The notes under the pieces were generated by a model, which was not told the DNA's origin, did no database searches, and worked only from the letters and a program-made list of their open reading frames with translations. A DNA stretch of 64,000 nt from Candidatus Latescibacterota bacterium (GTDB lineage: Bacteria > Latescibacterota > UBA2968 > GCA-2709665): contig OZ244937.1 of NCBI GenBank assembly GCA_965222075.1, forward strand, positions 3,083,670 through 3,147,669, given 5' to 3'. Both the position numbers and the translations under genes were made by a program. Below, one piece after another: positions 56,362 through 64,000 of this stretch (positions are counted from its first letter, which is position 1; each line of letters starts with the position of its first letter).

Positions 56362-57714
56362 TTGGCCGGAGGTCCGTTGTTGGAACTGCTGGCTGCCCGT
56401 GTCGCTTCGGGTCAGCCGCTGAGGGTGGGGCTGATTGGGGCGGGTAAATTCGGGACGATGTTTTTAAGCCAGGCCCGGCGCGTGGCGGGGCTGCACGTGC
56501 TGGGGGTGGCCGACCTGTCGCTGGAACGGGCGCGTGAGGCGCTGATCCGGGCTGAGTGGCCGCCGGAGCAGTTTGCAGCGGGCGGTTTTGTTCAGGCGCT
56601 TGAAACCGGTTCCACCTGTCTCACAGACGACGGTGAGGCGCTGATCCGGGCCGACGGCCTGGATGCCATGATTGAGGCGACGGGCAATCCGGCTGCGGGG
56701 ATCGGCTACGCGCTGAAGGCGTTTGAGAACGGGCGGCACGTGGTCATGGTCAATGTGGAGGCCGATGTGTTGGCCGGGCCGCTCTTAGCCGAACGGGCCG
56801 CTGCTGCCGGTGTGGTCTACAGTCTGGCCTACGGCGACCAGCCGGCCCTGATCTGCGAACTGGCCGAGTGGGCCCGGGCCAGTGGTTTTGAGGTGGTTTG
56901 TGCGGGCAAGGGGACCAAATATCTGCCGGCCTACCATGCGTCTACGCCCGATACGGTCTGGGAACACTACGGGTTCAGCCGGGAGCGGGTAGCGGAGTTG
57001 AACGCCCGGATGTTTAACGCTTTCTTAGACGGCACCAAGTCGGCGATTGAAATGGCGGCGGTGGCAAATGCAACCGGTTTGTCGCCCCAGCCGGAGGGGC
57101 TGGGGTTTCCGCCCTGCGGGGTGGAGGAGCTGGCAAGTATCTGCAGGCCCGGCAGCGACGGGGGGCAGCTTGCGCACAAAGGGACGGTCGAGGTGGTGTC
57201 CAGCTTGAAACGGGACGGAGGCGCCGTTGATCGGGACCTGCGCTGGGGGGTCTACGTTGTGATTGAAGCGCCGGGGGACTACATCAGCCAATGTTTTTCC
57301 GAATACGGGCTGCCCGTCGATTCTACCGGGCGTTATGCGGCAATGTACAGGCCCTATCACCTGGTGGGCATGGAACTGACGGTGGGTGTGCTCAGGGTGG
57401 GCTTGCGGGGTGAGGCAACCGGGTTTCCGGTCGAGTTCCGGGCGGATGTTGCTGCAACGGCCAAAAGGGACCTGTCAGCGGGTGAGGTACTGGACGGAGA
57501 GGGGGGATTTTGTGTCTACGGCAGGCTGATGCCGGCCGGGGCTGCGCTGAAGGAGGGCACGCTGCCCATCGGTCTGGCGCACCATGTGAAGCTGAAGCAC
57601 AGTGTGGCGGCGGGTCAGCCTGTTCGGTGGGATGACGTCGAATACAATGAGGCAGATCCGGTGGTTCGCTTTCGTCGCCGGATGGAGCAGCGTATGGCGG
57701 AGGGGCAGGGATGA
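56362..57714 (+). CDS. NAD(P)-binding oxidoreductase, homoserine-dehydrogenase-like N-terminal domain with C-terminal SAF domain
   Basis: LRVGLIGAGKFG Rossmann motif near N-terminus (TTG start 56362 with GAGG RBS). C-terminal beta-rich SAF-like segment (GEVLDGEGGFCVYGRL...). Confidence 0.5.
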   Translation: MAGGPLLELLAARVASGQPLRVGLIGAGKFGTMFLSQARRVAGLHVLGVADLSLERAREALIRAEWPPEQFAAGGFVQALETGSTCLTDDGEALIRADGLDAMIEATGNPAAGIGYALKAFENGRHVVMVNVEADVLAGPLLAERAAAAGVVYSLAYGDQPALICELAEWARASGFEVVCAGKGTKYLPAYHASTPDTVWEHYGFSRERVAELNARMFNAFLDGTKSAIEMAAVANATGLSPQPEGLGFPPCGVEELASICRPGSDGGQLAHKGTVEVVSSLKRDGGAVDRDLRWGVYVVIEAPGDYISQCFSEYGLPVDSTGRYAAMYRPYHLVGMELTVGVLRVGLRGEATGFPVEFRADVAATAKRDLSAGEVLDGEGGFCVYGRLMPAGAALKEGTLPIGLAHHVKLKHSVAAGQPVRWDDVEYNEADPVVRFRRRMEQRMAEGQG

Positions 57715-57754
57715 GAACGGGTGCCGAAGGCAACGGGCGACCGGTTTAAGCGAC

Positions 57755-57800
57755 TGCCGTCAGAGGTGAATTCTGACGGCATTTTCTCTGGTCGTTTTCT
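57755..57800 (+). terminator. Rho-independent terminator after the oxidoreductase gene
   Basis: GCCGTCAGA-ggtgaatt-CTGACGGC hairpin followed by ATTTTCTCTGGTCGTTTTC. Confidence 0.65.
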
Positions 57801-57878
57801 ACGCGTCCCAGGTTGCGGTATTCCATCGGGATCTCCTTCTATTTGGAACCACCGATGAACAGGTAGAGGGGGTTAGGT

Positions 57879-58862
57879 TCATTCCATCGGATATCTCAGC
57901 CCCCACTGCTCACGGATCTGGTCGAGGGTTCCCATAATAGCAAGGGTTTCGTCCAGGGGCATGGTAGCGCTTTCTTTTTTGCCTTCCTGCAGGCAGCGCA
58001 TGGCTTCGGCGGCTTCGCAGGTGTAGCCGTTGCCGTCGTAGGGGAGTTCGAGGGTTTGCTCACTGCCGCCTGTTGTGAGGGTGGCGGCCGTGGCGCGCCA
58101 GAAGGAGGGGTGGATCCGGATAGCGCCTTTAGAGCCGAGGATCTGTGCGCTCTGGGGCGTGCCGGCCCGGATGGTGCTGTAGAGGAGGGCGAGCTGGCCC
58201 TGGTCGTATGCGAAGAGGATGCCCGACTGTTCATCGATGTCGGTCTCTCCAATGTGGGCGAGGCTGGCGATCCGCGACGGCTGTCGGCCAAAGACCATGG
58301 AGGCAAAAGAGACGGTGTAGACGCCCAAGTCGAGGAGGGCCCCGCCTCCCAGGTCGGGGTTGAAAAGCCGGGATTCGGGGTTAAACCCGGCCCGGCCTCC
58401 GAAGTCGGCGGTGACCACCTGGACGTCGCCGATGGCGCCTTCGAAGAGCCAGTCGCGGACTTTTGCGATGATAGGGAGGAAGCGGGTCCACATGGCTTCC
58501 ATGAGGAAGAGGTCTTTTTCCCGGGCCAGAGCGATGACTTCTCCGGCTTCCCGGCGGTTGATGGTGAAGGGCTTTTCACAGAGGACGGCTTTGCCGTCGT
58601 TCAGGCAGAGGATGCTGTTTTCCCTGTGGAAGGTGTGGGGCGTGGCCACGTAGATGATGTCGACGTCGGGGTCGTTTGCCAGGGCATCGTACCTGGCGTG
58701 GCGGTTGGGGACGTTGAATTCATCGGCGAAGGCATGTGCCGTATCGGCTGCCCGGGAGCCGACGGCAGTCAGGTCGGCATCCGGGAGAGCGGAGAGGCCC
58801 TCGGCGAATTTCCGGGCGATTTTGCCGGTGCCGAGGATGCCCCAGCGGGTTCGGACGTTCAT
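57879..58862 (-). CDS. Gfo/Idh/MocA family oxidoreductase (second copy)
   Basis: Start MNVRTRWGILGTGKIARKF (AGGAG RBS). EKP motif (LCEKPFT). C-terminal GFO_IDH_MocA domain. Confidence 0.85.
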   Translation of the reverse strand: MNVRTRWGILGTGKIARKFAEGLSALPDADLTAVGSRAADTAHAFADEFNVPNRHARYDALANDPDVDIIYVATPHTFHRENSILCLNDGKAVLCEKPFTINRREAGEVIALAREKDLFLMEAMWTRFLPIIAKVRDWLFEGAIGDVQVVTADFGGRAGFNPESRLFNPDLGGGALLDLGVYTVSFASMVFGRQPSRIASLAHIGETDIDEQSGILFAYDQGQLALLYSTIRAGTPQSAQILGSKGAIRIHPSFWRATAATLTTGGSEQTLELPYDGNGYTCEAAEAMRCLQEGKKESATMPLDETLAIMGTLDQIREQWGLRYPME

Positions 58863-58948
58863 CCAGGTTCTCCTCTTGTCGTTGGGGCACGGCATGCCGT
58901 GCCCTTACAATATCCTGGGTAGTCGCAAGACTTAGCGAGAGGACCATT

Positions 58949-60778
58949 TTACCCGGCCGATGGCAGAACCCCCGGCAGGATCGCTTCCAGTTGCTTTAGG
59001 GGGTCTTCGAGGCTGCGGATGGCTTCGACCCAGAAGTCGGGGGCTTCGAGGTCGCGGCCGATGCTGTGGCGGGCCACGTTTTCGGCGGTGTCGCTGCCGG
59101 TGAGGCGGAGGAATGCCTCGTACCTGGGGAGAAAGTCCGGGCCCTCTTTCTGGAACATGGCGAAGAGCCCCCGGCTTAAGAGGAAGCCGAAGGTATAAGG
59201 GAAGTTGTAGAAGGTGAGGCCGGTGATGTAGAAGTGGAGCTTGGAGGCCCAGAAGTAAGGGTCTTCAGCGCCTTCCTGGAGGACGTCGCCGAAGATGCGC
59301 TGTTGGGTTTCAACCATCAGGTCCTTGAGGCGGCTGACGCTCAGTTCGCCGCTGGCCCGCTCACCGTAGAGGGCCTTTTCAAATTCGTAGCGCACGGGGA
59401 TGTCCATCAGGAAAATGGCGCCGTGGCCGATTTCCATGTCCAGGGTGAGGGCCTTTTGGGCGTCGCTGATGTCGGGATCTCCCAGGATGCCCTCCGTGAG
59501 GATCATTTCGCCAAAGGTAGAGGCCGATTCCGCCAGGGTCATCGGGTAGTCTTCCGCGTAGGGACGCAGGTCGCGCAGGACGTGGCTGTGGAAGGCATGG
59601 CCCGCTTCGTGGGCCAGGGTGCGCACGTCGCCCAGGGTGTTGTTGTAGGTCATAAAGATGCGGGACTCCCGGGTAAGCAGCGAGCCGGTGCAGAATCCCC
59701 CCGGGCGCTTGCCCGAACGGGGCTCCCAGTCGATCCAGTTCTGGTCGTACATACGTTGAGTGAACTCCCCAAGCGCCGGATAGGCCCGGGTGAAGGCGGT
59801 CTGTACAAGGGCTTTGCTCCGGTCCCAGGAGAGGGGCTTCTGGTCGGGGAGCGAGAGGGGCGCGCCCAGGTCGTACCAGGCGATGCGGTCGGCGCTTAGG
59901 GTTCTGGCCTTGAGACGGAGGATGCGCCGGGGGAGATCGAGTTCGGAAAAGATGGCTTCGAACATGGCGTCCAGGGTCTTCTGCGTGATGGCGGCCTGGA
60001 AAAGGGCGATTTCCAGGAAGTGGGGGACGTCCCGGCAGCGGTACAGGGTCAGGCGCGTGCCCGAGATGGCATTGATCGCGGCTGCGGCCACGTCTTCGAC
60101 GGTCTGCCAGGCGGCGTTTCCGCCTTCAAAGGCCGCCCGGCGGACACGGCGGTTCGGGTTTTCCATGAGCGACCGGCGCTGTGAGATGGGGAGGCGCTCC
60201 CGGCGCCCGTCGGGATAGTCCATGTCGAATTCGAGCTTTCCGGAGAGGGTGTCGTAGAGGCGGCCCCAGGCATGGATGCCGTCCACGCCCAGATCGGCGG
60301 CCAGGGCCTCCCGGTCGGCATCCATCGTATAGCGCGCTTCCTGGCGCATCCGGCTGAGGAAGTACCCGGCACCCTCGAATGCCTTCCGGCCGGCGAAGGC
60401 CTCGAAGAGGTCGTCCGGGATTTCTTTGAGGGCCCGGAGCTGGTGGACGCCGAGTTTGGAGAATTCGGCCCACATCCGCGCCAGGGCGCCCTCTTCCCTG
60501 AGGTAGGCCTCGTTGCGCGCATCAGCGGCGGTGAGACACCCGGTGTAGGAACTGAGGTGCGAGAGACGGGTGAGGATGTCTTCGCTTTTGATGAAGACGG
60601 CTTCCCATTCGGCCTGGTTGCTCTCTTCTAAGGGCGCGAGGCTGCCTGCGGTTTCCAGGAGCACCCCGATGTCCTTTTGGAGGGCGTCTTTGAACTGCAC
60701 CATTTCCGGCCCGTTAAATTCCGGGAAGTAGCTGGTGAGGTCCCAATTCATGACCTGGTCTGAGGGTGTTTCTGCCAT
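58949..60778 (-). CDS. pepF: Oligoendopeptidase F-like M3B metallopeptidase
   Basis: HEAGHAFH HExxH + downstream E. ~610 aa, M3-family length. Start at MAETPSDQ with AGGGAGAG RBS. Confidence 0.8.
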   Translation of the reverse strand: MAETPSDQVMNWDLTSYFPEFNGPEMVQFKDALQKDIGVLLETAGSLAPLEESNQAEWEAVFIKSEDILTRLSHLSSYTGCLTAADARNEAYLREEGALARMWAEFSKLGVHQLRALKEIPDDLFEAFAGRKAFEGAGYFLSRMRQEARYTMDADREALAADLGVDGIHAWGRLYDTLSGKLEFDMDYPDGRRERLPISQRRSLMENPNRRVRRAAFEGGNAAWQTVEDVAAAAINAISGTRLTLYRCRDVPHFLEIALFQAAITQKTLDAMFEAIFSELDLPRRILRLKARTLSADRIAWYDLGAPLSLPDQKPLSWDRSKALVQTAFTRAYPALGEFTQRMYDQNWIDWEPRSGKRPGGFCTGSLLTRESRIFMTYNNTLGDVRTLAHEAGHAFHSHVLRDLRPYAEDYPMTLAESASTFGEMILTEGILGDPDISDAQKALTLDMEIGHGAIFLMDIPVRYEFEKALYGERASGELSVSRLKDLMVETQQRIFGDVLQEGAEDPYFWASKLHFYITGLTFYNFPYTFGFLLSRGLFAMFQKEGPDFLPRYEAFLRLTGSDTAENVARHSIGRDLEAPDFWVEAIRSLEDPLKQLEAILPGVLPSAG

Positions 60779-60881
60779 TTGTCTCTCCCTTTGGGTGCAG
60801 CGGAAATCTCGCTGCCGCACTGTTTACATTTGACCTGCATGCTTCCTTTATGTGCCCTCTCCTGTGCTCCTTCCAGGCCGT

Positions 60882-61376
60882 TTACACATGTTTCTTAGGA
60901 TAATCGAAAAAGACAACAGTTCCCCCCCCTTCCGAGATCTCTTTCCAGGAATCGATATCGAAGTCGATACAAAAGATACCGCAGGTGGGGATGTTTTCGA
61001 CCCGGTAGTGGGTCAGGTGTTCCACCAGCATGGTAATTCCGGGGTTGTGCCCGTACATCATCACGTGGTGAACGGCGTCGTCGATATTGCGGATCACGTC
61101 GAGCAGATCGGATATCCCCGCCGCATAGATGGACGCGTCGGCAACGATTTTTTTTACCGGAAAGTCGAGTTCCTTCGCGATGATTTCGGCAGTTTTCAAG
61201 GCCCTTTTTGCGGGGCTGGAGATCATGAGATCTGGCTTGGATTCGTGTTTTTTCAGGCGCTTTCCCATAAACGGGGCGTCTCTTTTCCCGCGTTTGTTCA
61301 ATGGTCTCTCGAAGTCGGTCAGCTCCGGATGCTTCCAGCTGGATTTTGCATGTCGGATTAGATACAGCCGTTTCAT
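60882..61376 (-). CDS. sixA: Phosphohistidine phosphatase SixA (histidine phosphatase superfamily)
   Basis: LIRHAKS RHG motif and downstream H (YGHNPG). 164 aa. GC visibly lower (~50%) than flanks. Confidence 0.8.
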   Translation of the reverse strand: MKRLYLIRHAKSSWKHPELTDFERPLNKRGKRDAPFMGKRLKKHESKPDLMISSPAKRALKTAEIIAKELDFPVKKIVADASIYAAGISDLLDVIRNIDDAVHHVMMYGHNPGITMLVEHLTHYRVENIPTCGIFCIDFDIDSWKEISEGGGTVVFFDYPKKHV

Positions 61377-61587
61377 CTGTTATCCGTCCTTTCGCCTGCT
61401 ACCGGGTGTGTCTGAAAAATTTTCGGAATTCGGCCCTGCGTAAAGCCCGAACAGCGATGCCCCGGGTACAATCAGGCGCAGAGCCCGTACGCCTGCTGCC
61501 CCTTCGATCACGGGTGTGGAAGACCCAGAGGCATTGGCCGGGGGCTGTAGAATATATAGGCGGAAGGGGGCTGGGACCCCGCATGAT

Positions 61588-63435
61588 TTACCAGCCCAGC
61601 GCATATCCGATCTGCCCCCTGGGCGAGACCCCACCCGAGATCACGCCGCTTTCCCGGTTGTAGTGGATGCCCATCGCCTTCCCCACCGCCCAATCGCCTG
61701 TCAGCATAACTTCGTGTCCGCGCCGCTCCAACTCTGCGATCACCTCACGCGGCACCCGCCCCTCCGCCACCATCCGTCCCGGAAAGGATGCACGGGGGTG
61801 GAAGGAGGAGGAAAAGTGGGCCGAGGAGGAGACAGCCGGCCCGTAAAAGGAGGAGGGGAAGTGGGCCGAGTAGACCGTCGGCGCGTCCAGGGCCTCCTGC
61901 ACGTTCATCCCGAAGATGGCATAATTCAGGAAAAACTGCAGCGTGATCTGGTCCTGTGTATCGCCCCCCGGCGTCCCAAACGCCATAAACGGCTCGCCGT
62001 TTCGGGTGACCAGCGACGGCGTCAGCGTCGTCCGGGGCCGCTTGCGCGGCTCAAGCGCATTGGGACGCTCCGGGTTCAGGTAGAATATCTGCCCCCGGCT
62101 GCCCAGGGGAAACCCCAGCCCCTTGATCACCGGAGAAGAGCCCAGCCACCCACCGCTGGGGGTGGCCGCCACCATATTCCCCTCTGCATCCACCGCATTC
62201 AGGTGGGTCGTATCGCTCGTATGGGCATGGCCCGCCCCCAGGTCCTGCACCTGCCGGGCATCCACGTGCAGCGCCTGGCGGTTGTCCTCGGCCACATCTG
62301 CCATGGCATAGCCCGGCATCCCGTTGCCCACATCCCCCGGCCGCATCTCCAACGACGCCTCCTGCCCGACGAGGCCGCGCCGATCTGCATTGTACGCCTC
62401 GGAAAGCAACACGTCGAAGGGCACCCGGTCGAACGCCGGATCGCCGTAATACGCCTCCCGGTCGGCAAAGGCCAGCTTGGCGCACTCGATCACCGTATGG
62501 AGGTAATCCGCTGAGTTGTGCCCCATCCCCTTGAGATCGAACCCCTTCAGGAGGGCCAGTTGCTGAAGGAAGACCGGCCCCTGCGTCCAGGACGAACACT
62601 TGTGCACCTCAAGCCCCTCGAAGGTGTAGGAGACCGGCTCCTCCACCTCCGCATGCCACCCTGCCATATCCTCGCAGGAAAGCAGACCGGTGTGGGCCCT
62701 GCCGCTGGCATCTTCAACCGGGTTCTGTGTGATGAACGCAACAATCCGCTCGGCAATCTCACCCTTGTAAAAGACATCCCGGGCCGCCTCAATCCCTGCC
62801 ACACGCCCCTTTTTCCTCGCCTCCGCCTCTGCGCGGCACACCCTCCGGAGCACACCGGCCCAGTCCGGATTCCGAATCACCTCACCCACCTCCGGGACGC
62901 GTCCTCCAGGACAGTAGACCTCACCGGTGGTCGGGTAACGCTCGGTAAACTGCTTCAAGCTCCCCTTCAGGCTCTCGTGCAGTCCCTCGTAGACCGGAAA
63001 CCCCTGCTCGGCCAGCTCGATGGCAGGCTGGAGAATCTCAGCAAACGATTTGGAACCAAAGCGGGCCACGGCCGTCGCCCAGGTGTCCACCACCGCCGGC
63101 ACGCAGGCCGGCAGGTACCCGTCTCCCGGAATCAGATCGATGCCCTGCTCCCGACACCACGCGATCGTAAAGGCCGCAGGAGAACACCCCATCCCGCTGA
63201 CGGCATACGCCTTCTGCTCCTTTCCCGAATAGATCAGCGCAGGCACCTCCCCCCCGATGCCGTTGCTTTGAGGCTCCAGCAGGTTCAGACAGAAACACAT
63301 CGCCGCGGCCGCATCGACCGCGTTGCCCCCCTGCTCCATGATTCGAAAGCCGGCGGCCGTGGCCAGATAGTGTCCCGAAGTGACAACGCCCCGCCGGCCC
63401 ATGATAACGGGACGGGTGGTGAATGTTGACATCAT
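61588..63435 (-). CDS. ggt: Gamma-glutamyltransferase family protein (Ntn-hydrolase), no signal peptide
   Basis: GGT family similarity throughout (MGRRGVVTSGHYLATAAG, TTHLNAVDAEGNMVAATPSGG nucleophile-Thr region). AAGGAG RBS. Confidence 0.85.
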   Translation of the reverse strand: MMSTFTTRPVIMGRRGVVTSGHYLATAAGFRIMEQGGNAVDAAAAMCFCLNLLEPQSNGIGGEVPALIYSGKEQKAYAVSGMGCSPAAFTIAWCREQGIDLIPGDGYLPACVPAVVDTWATAVARFGSKSFAEILQPAIELAEQGFPVYEGLHESLKGSLKQFTERYPTTGEVYCPGGRVPEVGEVIRNPDWAGVLRRVCRAEAEARKKGRVAGIEAARDVFYKGEIAERIVAFITQNPVEDASGRAHTGLLSCEDMAGWHAEVEEPVSYTFEGLEVHKCSSWTQGPVFLQQLALLKGFDLKGMGHNSADYLHTVIECAKLAFADREAYYGDPAFDRVPFDVLLSEAYNADRRGLVGQEASLEMRPGDVGNGMPGYAMADVAEDNRQALHVDARQVQDLGAGHAHTSDTTHLNAVDAEGNMVAATPSGGWLGSSPVIKGLGFPLGSRGQIFYLNPERPNALEPRKRPRTTLTPSLVTRNGEPFMAFGTPGGDTQDQITLQFFLNYAIFGMNVQEALDAPTVYSAHFPSSFYGPAVSSSAHFSSSFHPRASFPGRMVAEGRVPREVIAELERRGHEVMLTGDWAVGKAMGIHYNRESGVISGGVSPRGQIGYALGW

Positions 63436-63451
63436 ACATCTCCTTCATCCA

Positions 63452-63793
63452 TCAGGTTAGCAGGGCTATCACTGCTTCGCGCTCCGCAACCTCAACGATG
63501 AGTTGTGCGTATTTCTCTTGCTCCAGGTCGATGACGACGGCCTTATTCGGATTTGACACATCCCAAAACAGCCATTTTCCGTCGCGATAGAATGTCCCCG
63601 CGGTTATCACCCCCGGCAGCCATGTTCCCAGAAGCCTAATTCCCTTCCACCATCGCCTTACGACCTTATCGTCAATACGCGCACCCAGGATGTGCGCTCG
63701 TGGTATGTCGAGCCGCCCCTTGAACGCCCACAGCTTGTGGAGCCCCACGACCTCGAAAAGAACACGGTTGGATTCTTGTGTAACCGCTACCAT
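63452..63793 (-). CDS. Hypothetical protein (113 aa)
   Basis: ORF only; moderate GC; no motif recognised. Confidence 0.3.
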   Translation of the reverse strand: MVAVTQESNRVLFEVVGLHKLWAFKGRLDIPRAHILGARIDDKVVRRWWKGIRLLGTWLPGVITAGTFYRDGKWLFWDVSNPNKAVVIDLEQEKYAQLIVEVAEREAVIALLT

Positions 63794-64000
63794 ATCAACC
63801 TCATTCGATTCGGAGTCTCGGATGATTGCTTCCGGATGAGCATCCGCTCCGGAAAATGGGTCGGTGCTGACGCCGTGTAGCGTCCTGCTTTGGCGACAGA
63901 AGCGCCGCGACCCTTGTCAGGTTCCGCAAAGTTTCCAGTTTTTCTTTAAGGTACGCGCATAAGCGCTCTTATCGCTTCGACGATGTCTTCCTTTTGTGGA

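Noticed and set aside
1-64000. CRISPR arrays, rRNA, tRNA, IS elements, integrases, toxin-antitoxin or known defence-system genes
   Set aside because: I scanned every intergenic gap over 60 nt and all repeats I could find. The only tandem repeats are intragenic (flotillin 66-bp, PspB-like duplication). No spacer-repeat periodicity, no conserved RNA motifs and no transposase-like ORFs were seen.
63946-64000. Minus-strand coding tail ending ...IVEAIRALMRVP* at 63946-63948 (gene continues beyond window end)
   Set aside because: Only 18 codons visible; insufficient to assign.

Overview
This is a high-GC (~62-65%) bacterial chromosomal segment with dense, mostly C3-rich coding. A T9SS C-terminal sorting domain next to a PorV/FadL-like barrel suggests an FCB-superphylum organism, possibly Gemmatimonadota-like, but the sequence alone cannot place it. 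I found no rRNA, tRNA, CRISPR array, transposase or integrase. The window reads as four blocks.

1. Sulfated-glycan utilisation theme, 1-13.3 kb. A C-terminally truncated heparinase II/III-like lyase (no ORF call because the window edge cuts it). Two tandem homocysteine S-methyltransferase (BHMT/MmuM-like) paralogs, one of which has lost its Zn ligands. A strong intrinsic terminator. A PorV/FadL-like outer-membrane barrel, a large secreted protein with a T9SS C-terminal domain, a TonB-dependent receptor, a GntR/FCD regulator and a signal-peptide-less formylglycine sulfatase.

2. Housekeeping and stress genes, 13.5-27.7 kb. S1-domain protein, ArfB, ThiL, His6-type HisA, an orphan RND permease, a secreted TldD/PmbA pair, CopA with a sigma70 promoter embedded in an inverted repeat, and a LysM amidase.

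3. An unusually complete Psp-flotillin envelope-stress module, 28.1-35.6 kb. A near-consensus sigma54 promoter with an upstream inverted-repeat UAS drives pspA. Translationally coupled to pspA is a frameshifted small wHTH-like ORF. Then come two PspB-like single-pass coiled-coil genes plus a decayed duplicate fragment, a 59-aa two-TM protein and an ECF sigma factor with no anti-sigma. These are followed by an NfeD-like protein, a flotillin with an internal 66-bp tandem duplication, a cytoplasmic TPR histidine kinase and an NtrC-type sigma54 response regulator. A terminator closes the module.

4. An inositol/aminocyclitol (inosamine-like) island, 40.1-58.9 kb. A LysR regulator is divergent from myo-inositol-1-phosphate synthase, with an LTTR box between them. 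The rest comprises two DegT aminotransferases, two Gfo/Idh/MocA dehydrogenases, a class-III aminotransferase, an AAC(3)-like N-acetyltransferase fused to a xylose-isomerase-like TIM barrel, and a homoserine-dehydrogenase-like/SAF oxidoreductase. Also present are a PurO-like protein, map, an M50-like protease, a 1020-aa FN3/(alpha/alpha) protein, and two same-frame ORFs separated by a single TGA. The 48.5-57.7 kb sub-block has a sharply different G3/T3-rich codon signature.

The remainder holds an NAD-epimerase, a deoxyhypusine-synthase-like protein, ThiI, PepF, a low-GC SixA, and GGT.
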